A stretch of DNA of 63,843 nt, filler included, from Intoshia linei (Eukaryota > Animalia > Orthonectida), in NCBI GenBank assembly GCA_001642005.1. It is 7 parts of 7 records of this genome, joined end to end, with 100 filler letters (N's around TTAATTAATTAA, not from the genome) between each part and the next. Parts side by side here need not be neighbours in the genome. Positions count along the whole stretch, not along the records: positions 9,441 to 19,519 come from LWCA01001309.1; positions 19,620 to 29,779 come from LWCA01001298.1; 5 more parts are not named here. One strand, given 5' to 3'. The position numbers and the translations under genes were made by a program. Under the pieces are notes generated by a model. The model was not told the DNA's origin, searched no databases, and worked only from the letters and a program-made list of their open reading frames with translations. Positions 14,801 to 26,700 of this stretch are shown here, in pieces (the stretch's first letter is position 1; every line of letters begins with the position of its first letter).

Positions 14801-16799
14801 ATTCTATATCTATATATGACATATAGCAGGCCTCCATCATACAATGAATGTATTATTTCAGGAATTAATTTAATATTGTTATGGAGAAAAAACCACTTAA
14901 TCAAATAGTAACACCACAATAGAAAAAATTTAATTTGACCAATCCTTAAGGGAAAAATCTGTATTACCAACTTCAGGTTTCAGTGATGATAAGGTCATTT
15001 TCACGAAATCGAGCAATAGACTCATTTTGGAATTTAATGGAGATTTTACAAACACTTTTAAATATGTAGAATTTTACATTGTATATCAAAATTATTACCT
15101 TTTGTACCACGTGCTCACAGTACATTGTAGTATTGTTCAATTGCAATAAAAACTCTAAAAATCAATTTAAAATATAAAAACAAAATAATACAATATTTTT
15201 CGTATTTATTAAGATTTATTTATTGATATTTATCATCAGTCAAAAATACAGATGAGGAATCCTGATATATAATACAAAAAAACTAAATTTACGCGATACG
15301 TAATACGATGAATACAAAAAATACTTTTAATTAATAGAGTATTAATGATAAATGTATTAAATTTCATTTTTAATTATAAAATATATTTTATAGCTGGTAT
15401 AACATCATATGAAACTGTCATAATATTTATTTATTTTCACTATTACTGAAAAATATTAACATTTTAGTCCGTAAATACATAACATATACTGAGATCTAAG
15501 TGCAACAAGTGTAGAATCTACACTGTAGATACAATAATAACTTTCAATACAATCATAATGATATTACAAGTAGTCAAATTGGAGTTAAAATTAGTTTTGA
15601 GTGATAAATTAAGGACTCCCAATCAAATATTATTTAAATTATTTATATGTTTTAATATCAATTTTTACAATAATATAATAATGATGTATATTGTATTTTT
15701 AAACTATTTGAATGTATTATAATAATAATTATCCATTAGAAGCGCGTAATATCTATTCAGTATCAATTGATAATATAACTAAAATCACCTAAACTGTTTT
15801 TTGTAATATGTAATAATAATATTTACTACTTTTCAATAAAATCATAATATTAAATTAAAATTATTTATTATAATATATTGCACTTACATATATATATATA
15901 TTATTTATATATTTAATAGCAGGTACTAGTTGAATCGTTTATAATTGAATATAATATTTTCATAATAATACTTTTATTTAGTCGTCACAATTAGTAATTA
16001 ATGATACGATAATGATAAATTATTAATTTCGCTATTCAATCTTTTTTGTTTGGTTTAATACTGTATACCAAATTGTTCTGACTTTTTTTGACCTGTTTCT
16101 ATTTACAATACATTTCTAAAAAATGGGATTTACTTTTTTGTTAATGTATTTTATTTTATTTTTAATTATTAATTTTATACATTAAATTTTTTTAAATAGA
16201 AGGTACTTAATTCACAAATATAATGTAAATAACAATATATTGACTCTATAATATGATTTTAACTAATTAAACCTTTTAAGATATTAATATACATATTTAA
16301 AGGCCGTAATATTATATAATAAATATATAAATATGTATACGATTATGTACAACATAGTCTAGATTAATAATTATTATAGTTTATTAAATAATATAAATTT
16401 TTTATTTAATATCAGATGGTATACATTATATATTGACAACTTTATATTTTATGTACACTTTATGGTTAAATGGAAATTATAACTTATGAAATTTTTAGCT
16501 AGTAATACATTATATATAATAAATATACAATCCTAAGTTTATATTGTTTAACAATATATAAAGTCAAATCTATTACATTGAAAATACCTCAAAATATATC
16601 TTAATATGGAAGATGTAAATTCGATATACATTAGCGGTGTTCCAAAGTTTTAAAAATTAAGTCCAGGCTTGGAAAAATTTGATTAATTAATCAAAAATGA
16701 CTACAAAAAAAAATTTAATTAAGATAAAAATTTGCGGAGACGCTTACCCTTTTTAAGATACCATATAAAAATAAAATATAACTTAATTTACAGTTGTTT

Positions 16800-17020
16800 C
16801 AGTCGCCTTGAGTTGATCTTATGTTTGGTTATTGACTTTATAGTTTTAAATTCAATTCTACTTGGTTTACTTGTTATTTTGTCGATGTTAAATTATTATA
16901 CAATTTTGTAAAGTAAAATTTTGTAAATGATATCACTAAAAACCAAAATAGAGGACGTAGAATTGAATTTAAACATACAAAGTGAATAGCCAAACATGGA
17001 GATGAACACAGGATCACTCA
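16800..17020. repeat. Long imperfect inverted repeat (fold-back)
   Basis: ATGTTTGGTTATTGACTTTATAGTTTTAAATTCAATTCTAC (16821-16861) pairs with GTAGAATTGAATTTAAACATACAAAGTGAATAGCCAAACAT (16957-16997). Pairing extends more weakly on both sides. Confidence 0.8.
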
Positions 17021-18776
17021 AATCGTAGCTACAGTATCTTATCATAAACTATGATAATATTTAATTAAATCATAATTTAATTCAATATTGAACAATTTGT
17101 ACATTATCGTTTATTATTATTGTTATTATTATTATTATCAACTACAACATCATTATTGTATATAATTAGAAAGTAAACAAAAATTATAAAAATTACATTA
17201 ATTAGCATTACATTACATACCTGTATATATAATTTTAAATTCACTAGTAGAATTTCAAAATTGTATAATGTACAAAAATTGTTCTTATAAATTATGTAAC
17301 ATTCAGATGCAACATTTAACTTGAAATTAACAAAATGTAAAAATAAAATATGAACAGTGAAATATTTTTGTGTGAGGCTATAAATGACTAAAAATTTTTT
17401 TTGCGTTGTGATTTTTGTATAAAATTCAAACTAAAAAATTGTAATTGGCAATAAAGTTTTGGATATTTCTATTCAGTGAATAGTAATCAGTGAATACTAT
17501 ATTGTACAATGTACATAATGTAAAATCAATGTTAGATATATATTATAATAAAAAAATATATACATTTAATTATTTTTAGTAAGTAATAAAAATTTATATG
17601 AATCAACTTAATATATCAAAAATGCCAACAAAGCAACCACACGTTTCCAGTCAATTGCCAAAATTTAGAATTTTTTTTGATTATTATTTATTATATACTT
17701 TTTTTATCACACAGTAGAATTGTAATAAATAATCAGAAACTGAGCTTAAGATTATTAACAATAAAAATAATTATATAATAATATAATATATATGAAATAA
17801 TAATCATAATAAAATGACAAAGTCGCAAAACTATTAGTTTAATAATTGGTTCCCTGATATATTATATTATATAATTAAATTATGTATTTGATTTTCACTA
17901 TTAATGACTTCAAATATTTTTTAAATTATAATAAAGTTATTTTACATATATTAATAATATCCTTTACACAAATATATAATATATAACTTTTAATTGATAG
18001 TTTGTAATTTATTTATAAATTTAATTGAATAAATCTATTTTTAATATACTTAAATAAAAGTTTTTGAAATTTTGCTAATCATACATATAATGCATGTAAT
18101 TACGAATGTTGTTAACGAACCACTAAAATTATTCAAATGGATATTAATTTAAATATGGACATGTGCTAATAAGCACATCATTATTCTATTTATATATATC
18201 CATAATTTATATTTTGAAGTGTGTAAATTAAACTAAATATTATATTTTAATGAATATTTAATTAATTATTATATATTCCTTTTTTATTATTTCTCTATTG
18301 AATATTAATATTATTAATGTGATAAAATTAGCTAGTAATATTTTTTTTGTTTTAAATCATTTTATATACATTATGTATATTATAATATACATAATGTATT
18401 ACATAATATATAGTGTATAGTAATAATACTAATACATTCATATAAATAACTTAAATTTCAGCCTGTAAATATATATTCTTTTTTTTTGTCCGATATTAAA
18501 TCAATGTATATTATTATTGTTATCAAATATTAACCTCGTTGAAATTTGGAAAATTAAGAAAGTGGTTTTAATATATAATGTATAAATTACTGATTATAAA
18601 ACAATGCGATTCAAATTTTACATTGTATTAAAAAACTAATATTTTAAGATATAATTTGTCATTACATTTTATCTTGTAAATAGTGATTAACAAACGACAA
18701 TTTATCCTGTCTAAGACCATTTTCGATGATATAAATCTTATTTTTTTTTAGTTATAATTCATAAAATAAATACATA

Positions 18777-19519
18777 CTAGTGCGCGTCACATAATTAGCA
18801 TAAAATATATTTTTTTAATGTTATATGAGTTAAGTGTATATAATTTTTGATATTGAAGATGAATCTACTAAATTATTTTTCCGTAATGTAGACATGTGTA
18901 TTTTCTATAATATATGTGAAAATAAAGGGATAATTGTGTTTTTAAGATATTAAGAATTAACATTTAATGAAAACATCTTGTGTCACATAATTAGAATAAC
19001 CAATTTTTTGTTTCATAAAATTAGAATAAACGAATTCGAAAGATAAATACGACAGTTTAAGAATTATAAAATGTGGTGATATATAATTTAATTATTTTTT
19101 AATGTATTATGATACATACAAATCATAGTTAGTATTTGATACTGTCACCCTTTGCATCGATAAGAGAATTTATTCGACGTGGCATACTGTTAACGAGTTT
19201 CTGACACTCTTCGGGTATTATGCTATTCCATACCTTTCGGATTTATAATTTCAACTTTTGAATAGTTTTGATTGACTGTGTTCTTAGTTTTTTTTGTTAT
19301 ATTCCATAACGACTCTATCACATTCATGTCAGGGGAATTATCTGTTCATGGTAAAAGATTAATGTTTTTATTTTGTAGGTAGGTTTTCGTTTTTTATAAG
19401 TTGTGAGCCGGAGCAAGGTCGTGTTGAAATATAAAATTGTCTCCTAGTGAAAGCTTTACCCATGAAGTATCCATGGCTTCCTCCAAAATGTCTATGTAAT
19501 AATTTGAATTCACAGTTTT
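18777..19519 (-). mobile_element. Second degenerate Tc1 transposon: transposase C-terminus plus IR/DR right end
   Basis: Minus strand reads VNSNYYIDILEE...FIFQHDLAPAH...LLP*TDNSPDMNVIESLW...CQKLVNSMPRRINSLIDAKGDSIKY* (stop about 19129). Direct repeat GTCACATAATTAG at 18786 and 18982. Truncated by the gap. Confidence 0.9.
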
Positions 19520-20890
19520 NNNNNNNNNNNNNNNNNNNNNNNNNNNNNNNNNNNNNNNNNNNNTTAATTAATTAANNNNNNNNNNNNNNNNNNNNNNNNN
19601 NNNNNNNNNNNNNNNNNNNATTTGCTAAATATAAATAGATTTACTATATTCGTCAAGAATTTTCTCATTGACTGTAATGTAATCACAACATTAAGTTTAT
19701 TTACATTTAATATCGTGTTAAATCACTTAAATTAAAATACAACTTTCACGTATAAACTCGTTCTACACTACTTTGACTTTACTTTACTTTACTTAAAGAC
19801 TTGTGTAAATTAATCAACTCGTCTTGCGTAAAGTAAAGAATGGAAAATCTTAACTCGTAAAGTAAATAACAATTATTAATAGATAATAAATAGTAACATT
19901 GAATCATGTTTTCATGATTTCGGTTTAAACTTGAAAAATCAAATCAAATATACAACTACATTTACTATTTAAATGTATTTACTGAATCCTTGTTAATGAA
20001 ATTGATTATTGTTATTGGTACTTTGTTGACATTTTTTGATATTTTAATGTCTGGAAAAACCAACTGCAGTTTTTGGTATTTATTAATTTTATAATTTTAT
20101 GAACTTAACATAAATTTGTACTGCCGCTGTTATATATTCTTTAACACGATGAAACTTTAAATTAAGTACATATAAACGAAATTATAGATTTTAATTATTT
20201 ATTAATCGATATTTAACACAATGAGCTAAAACCCTGAGCGAGCAAAAATAAATCTTACACGGGCAAATGTGTGCGTATGGGCAGCGGTTTATCCACCTCT
20301 CTCTAAAATCCACCCAACAATATACATTGTATGTGGTGTACAATTCTAGAACTTATTTAGTTTTTAAAAAAAGGGTAATTTGTGGTTTTGTCCGTGAACA
20401 TCTAAAATTATGAAACTGAAATTTATCATAATGTTGATGATTTTAAAATCTTTATCAGATTGTGAATTTTTTATAATTATAAGACTCGTTTGAATTTTAA
20501 AAAAATAGGATACTTGCTGTTTTTGACCTTGAAGTACTCAATTTCTAAAAATTAAATTTACGATAAAATATCACCTCGAAAAACTGTATTAGAAATGAGT
20601 ATTTAAAAAACTCTTCGCATATTACTTTCTTAAATAAATGGTAACAAATAAATAAACAGACATACATTTTTAACTAAAGATTATTGCCATAATAAAAAAA
20701 ATATTTGTCAAAAATTATTAATGGATTGTCAGTGATCTTCACATTTTATAAATCTGTGTGATTTCAAAGATTATTTATGTAACCTTCCGGTTCAAAACAG
20801 TTCATCACTCTTATACTGACTTCTGTCATTATTAAGGGTATGATAAACTGTTTTAATTTTTATTGTAACTGTTAATTAAAAAATATTTAG

Positions 20891-21958
20891 CCATGGGCTG
20901 TTTTTGGGAGTCCAGCGTTTATTTTTTGAAACAAGCGGAGTTTTATTTACTGAGATAATTTTTTAATGAGATGGTTCATGCCCATCCACATGTGTTTCTT
21001 TATGGTGAATGAACATTAATATTCCATATCTAGATCTATATTAAATCGAAATAGATAATGAACCACCATATTAATATCAATAAGACATGTTTGGTCTACT
21101 CATAGGGGCTTGTATATAAATTTAGAAAATTATTGATTTTATTTATGGTACCACATATTTTTTAATGATGTCTTGGTACTCAAGACTTGGATCATAATGC
21201 ATATCTTGATAAATTTCACGAAACAACATTTTAAAAATTTTTAAACGTTATTTATCTATTTTTTCAAGGGGACTCGGTATATCATAATCTGAAACTTTCA
21301 GAGATATTCAGTAATTACCGAAATAATTAGGGTGGAATATTGCTCTAAAATATTAAAAAATTTTTTAATATATCAAATATTTTCAGATATTTTTCATGAA
21401 ATCGTTTGGTTTTTTTCAGAATTATAAACCTTATTACAATTATAAACATGTATAAACAATAAGTATTGGTTTATTCAACTTATTTTCGATATTTATGCCA
21501 ATTAAAGTCAAAATATTGGGGATTTTAATGTTTACCATACGTTGAATTGTATTTTAACTATAATTAATTTTAAATTTAAGGTAGGTTATACTGGTAAAAA
21601 AAAATTAATGACTCCAACATATAAAAATATCGGCGATTACGTCGAAGCAATTAAACTATACTTTGACCCGGAAATTATTAGTTATAATGAACTATTAAAA
21701 TTATTTTGGGATAATTATAACCTAACACAAAAAAATGGTCAAAATTACGACATAAGAAATTAATATAAATCTGCAATTTATACTTTTGATGATGAGCCGT
21801 ATAAATTAGCTCAAAGTAGTTTGATTGAACATCAAAAATTGTTGGAACCCAAAAAAATTTCTACAATCATTAAATTTGCGGAAAAATTTTATCGAGCCAA
21901 AGAATATAATCAATTTTATCTCAAAAAATCCAAAGGAGAATATTTTTGCAATAATTAA
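20891..21958 (+). pseudogene. msrA: Peptide methionine sulfoxide reductase A pseudogene
   Basis: AMGCFW then, after a 1-nt deletion, GVQRLFFETSGVLFTE. Exon 2 from 21581 reads VGYTG...PTYKNIGDYVEAIKLYFDPEIISYNELLKLFW...DIRN*YKSAIY...FYRAKEYNQFYLKK. Lesions are the frameshift at about 20908, a donor reading AT instead of GT at 20955, and an in-frame TAA at 21761-21763. Confidence 0.88.
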
Positions 21959-22372
21959 TTGATTTGTTGTTCATTTTATTAAAAATTTTCTTGAAAGCAA
22001 GCTTTATCTGATGTTACATTTTCCATATATGGGGATCAGTTAGTTCCAAAAGTCGTTGATAGTCTTTTTCCGGTTACAAGATAATTTGGTTTAGTTACAG
22101 TACGTTGTAGGTAAATATCTAGGGTTTTGGTAGAAAAAGACTGAGAATTAAATCAGCTTTATCTGACATCTGGCGTATACCATAATTTGAAGTAGACTAG
22201 TGAGCTTTTCTCGAATATGAATTTAAGGTATTACATATCATTTATTCTGTATCCAAAAAGCAAGTTTCAACTTGAGACTTAATCAACATTCCGGTTCACT
22301 TGCGTTACTCATTAACGCTCGTTTATAATAACGTATCATTCGAAATTTAACGATATATTTTGAGTTAAAGTT

Positions 22373-22753
22373 TTAATATAATACAACAATAATTATATAA
22401 ATTAGAAGGTGGTGGATGAGTTTTTGACATGAACTAGTAAAATTTCCTCTTAAATTTTGGTTGTTTAAATCGATGTGCTTTGATTCCTTATGTTGTCCAG
22501 TTTTATTAGATTTTTGAGTATTTATAGAAATATTTTTGGTCGAATTTTGAATTTGAATAAAATGAACATGACTTTTTAAATTTTGATCAATTTTGACTGG
22601 AACATATTTTTGACTTGCATTACCTTTGTCAAGTGGTATCTTTTTTTTGTTTAAATTGGTATTTAGTGGTATTCTTATGTTTTTCATTATATCTGCTAGA
22701 AAAGATGGATGATTTTGTCTTGAACTAAATATTTTATATACATACATTTTCAA
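22373..22753 (-). other. Unassigned 126-codon ORF, possibly an exon of an orphan or decayed gene
   Basis: Long open frame for this AT content with hydrophilic K/N/Q-rich composition. No recognisable family. Confidence 0.3.
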
Positions 22754-22790
22754 TCGAAATGGTCACTTTATCTATTATTTATTTTTTTTA

Positions 22791-23052
22791 AGGGAAGTAT
22801 TTAATTTCCGAAACTGTCAGTATTTTAATAAAAAATTTTCAGTATAAATATTAAAATGTAAGTAATAAAATTATTTTGTCAATATTCAATTACATATTTG
22901 TAAGTATATACTGTATAGTCAAGGATATACTGACAATATATTTAAAGTACTGACAATTTAACTTTTTTTACTGTCCTTCCAATTTATATACTGACAATTT
23001 AATATTTTTACTGACAAACTACTTAAAATACTGACACTATAAATACAACCCT
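22791..23052. mobile_element. MITE-like element with arrays of subterminal TACTGACA motifs
   Basis: Inverted termini AGGGAAGTATTTA / TAAATACAACCCT. TGTCAGTA near the left end faces about five TACTGACA copies in the right half. Confidence 0.6.
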
Positions 23053-23758
23053 TATTTTAATCACCCTGTTAAACATTTTAAACATTGGTTGAAAATAATT
23101 TACCATCAAATTTTAATTCCCTTATAATAATTTATAAATTCATTGATATATTATATTTAAAAATAATATTATTCGTGTTCCTGACCAATAATCTTAAAAT
23201 TTTTCATCATGTACTCATGCTCCGAAACAATTTTAAAAATTGAGCATACTGAGAATGTTATAACATCGAAAAATAGGTTCATGAAAATACTTATAATATG
23301 AAATTAGCTTAAAATATATATAAATTTTTTCAATTTTCTTATAAAATCGTTTGCTGGTATGGTTATGTTTACGCGGCTGTAAATTGTATATATTCAGAAA
23401 CTTGATCGTATTGTGTACCCTTTTAATTCGTTATTTTTGTTATAGACCCAACTTAAATTTTTATGAATAAATATTCCCATTAAATAAACTCTCAAATATT
23501 TTTTCGATGAGTACATTTGATTTTGGTGTTTGGTTTAAGGTGGAAGTGCTGGAACAAAAACAATTCAATATTCACACTAATTAAATCAGAATTCAAATTT
23601 ACATTTTCTTGATAACCATTATAATGATTCAAAAAGATTATACTTTTTCCAAAACTCAACATTTTTATGTGGACCACTACAGTCCACATAGACCACGTTG
23701 ACAATGGCTTAGCTACTATATTTTAAATGATATATTAATATTATTTGTGTACTTAAAA

Positions 23759-26700
23759 TTACCCTATAATATTTTCGTTAGATGGTACAAGCTTAACAGA
23801 TAGATTGTACTTATTCCTTAATATATACGGAATTGAATTTTCGCCAATCAAATGACCTAAATAAATTATATTTAAGAAATAAAATCCACAAAAAACTAAT
23901 AAATAATAAATCAACTTTGTAAAAACCTCAAAAATTCCATCTAGGCCAGTGGTTTTCAACCCATGTTCCGCGAAATTTAATTGGGATTCCGTGAAATATA
24001 AATGCGATATTTTTCAATTTAAATTTTTTCTTAATTACTGTTGCATACAATGAAAAAAAAATTTTTAAGCATGCTTTTTGCACTATTTTTTGAAATTTCA
24101 TAAGGGTTACGCGTAGTAACAAAGGTTGAGAAACCCTGATCTAGGCACTGATGTTGTTTATTTTCGCCAATTTCAGAATTTTAATTTAGAGATTATTTTT
24201 GTAAGTAAAGATTTATTCATTTATTTTGAAAAAATTTTTATCGAATCGTGGAGACTCCATTCAACTGTATTAACAAATATATAACAAATTCACAATCCTT
24301 ATTTATATTTAATAATTTAGTTAAAAAAATATATGTCTATTTATTTAAGAAAGTAAGCGGAATCGAGTTTTAAAAATTTTAATTTATATTACAGTTTTTC
24401 GAGTGTAATGTTTTATCATAAATTTCATTTTCAGAAATTGAGTCCTTCAAGGTCAAATACTCCAATTATTCTTTTTTTTAAATTCAAACCCGTCCTAGAA
24501 TTATAAAATAGACAATCTGATAAAAATTTTTTAATTATCAACATTAGGATAAATTCACTTTCAAAATCTTATATTTTATGTCATCACGACCAAAACCACA
24601 AATTATCCTTTTTTTTTTTAAAAAAATGAAAAATTTCTTAAATTTTTATACAACATAAATTGTAGATAGCTTTTAAAATCATAAACATTATCATCAATCG
24701 CAACTTATTGTATACCAACATTGTAGTTCATAGAAATTCTGTTTTTGGCTCTCCCGGGCCTTTCAAATATTTATTCGGTAATCGGTTACAATTGTCCGAT
24801 ACTAACGTGAGGCATAAAAATAAACATAGTTAAACAATAATAATTATAATAAAACTAGCTTGACTGTTATATACTACGTACAAACAGCACCTAGCTCTGC
24901 CGAGGACACATTTTTATTATACCAAAAAAATAAATTCACGTTGAAAATCTAACTTAAAAATCCACTATTCACTATTATCCATAAACAAGTGGTTCCCAAA
25001 CTTGTTTCAGGTGGAACCATCATATGACATTACTAGAGTGGTTCCCAAATTTGTTTCAGGTGGAACCATCATATCACATTACTTTTTACTTTAAAGTGAA
25101 TTATTCCACTTAATTTTTTGTTTGTTACCTGTAAATTTTTTGAAATTCTAGGGCTGTTTTCATTAAAAAAAGAAGGGTAATTGTTGGTTTTGGCCCAGAA
25201 GATATCATTTTTTTAAATTTATAATAATGCTTATGATTTTAAAATCTGCATTAGCGAATATATTTTTTTAAATTCTATAACTCGTTTGATTTTCAAAAAG
25301 AGGGACAACAGGGATTTTTGACCCCTAAGATGTGAAATTGGGAGGTTGAAACTTATCTTATTATACATCTTGAAAAAAACTGTAATTGAAATGTGGTCTT
25401 TAAAAAATTCTAAGAGTGGTATTTATTTCAATAAAGTGGAACACACACACACAGACAGACACACAAACAAAAATAGCGTAGCCTTTTATATAAGTTAGGA
25501 TGTACACTTCACTTAAATAAATGTATTACCTGAACCAATAATAAAAAAATTGGATTTATTAAAATTTCTTGGTTTAGTTGAAAAAAATTGATAATTGGAA
25601 TTTAATATTTCAAAAATCCTCTTTGAAATTTTAAAATTTCGATCTTGAAAGAATAATTTATATAAAGTTGATTGAACATTATTCTTATTTAAATTGTATG
25701 TATTGGTAAAAATTTTCTTTTTTTGTTTTTTAATTGAGTAGTTTTGTTTATTAATTTCAGGAAAAGATAATGGTAAAACATCCAGAGTAAAATTTCCGCA
25801 TACATATTTTTTTACAGATGACTGTTGTAAATTTCGTATGCTATTGATTAATTTTGGTTGTTTTTTAATTTTATCGTGTACATTTTCTAGTTTTGTTAAG
25901 GCCATGTCCAATAATTCTTTACCCTAAAATAATAATTAATTATTTGCAAACTCGAACGTCTTCGTTAGTTTTGTAAAATATTTTAACATACAGTAAAGTA
26001 AATGTAATCGAATCAGATTTGAATTAACGATATCAACATTTAAGGATAACTGCTTGAAGTGTCGGAAAATTTTGAAATCAATTTTAGTGATGAGAATAAA
26101 TGCTGAAATAAATATACCCAACCCCCTTTGGTTCACTTTGGTTGTTATATTTTTAATTAATTGAAAGTAATCATCAATGAGCGATAGTCAAAAATACCAT
26201 AATCCTTCAATGCAGACGAAAAAAAAAGCAATTTAGTTTGCAGGGAAAACTTTGCACTAACATTTGAAAGGTCATTTTTATGCAGTATTGCAGACAATGT
26301 AGACTCCCATGTTAGGATAAAAATCGCGCAGACAAAAATTGACTAAACGTGATATCAAACAATAGAATTTTAATGAATTTATTGAAAAAGAAGCATACTT
26401 CACCCTAAATTAAATTTTAATTAATTTTTTTAACACAAAACTTGATTTTTAGTCACAAATTGTGAGTCTTAAGTCTAGTCACTAGACTCTAGTTCACTGA
26501 GTACAATTTAATCACACCTTTTCTATTAGTCAATGTAAAAATTTAAAATATCATTCCTTCTTACACACTTTGAATCAGAATTTTTACAAAAAAATTGTTT
26601 TACATTAAAAACATTGCATTTTTACAAAAGTAAATGAAATTGGTTGTTAAAAAAAGATACCTCAATCAGAAGACTTAAATTTTATTCAATTATAATAACG

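Noticed and set aside
21761-21763. In-frame TAA in MsrA as a sign of stop-codon reassignment or selenocysteine
   Set aside because: It is TAA rather than TGA, is not at the catalytic Cys, and is accompanied by a frameshift and a broken donor. Cyclin C and TRAPPC4 use TAA as a normal stop.
23759-24122. ORFs suggesting a MITE inserted into a transmembrane-protein exon
   Set aside because: Only 23856-23759 is coding (TIKI GHLIG exon after a TTTAG acceptor). The MITE and the hydrophobic stretch are intronic.
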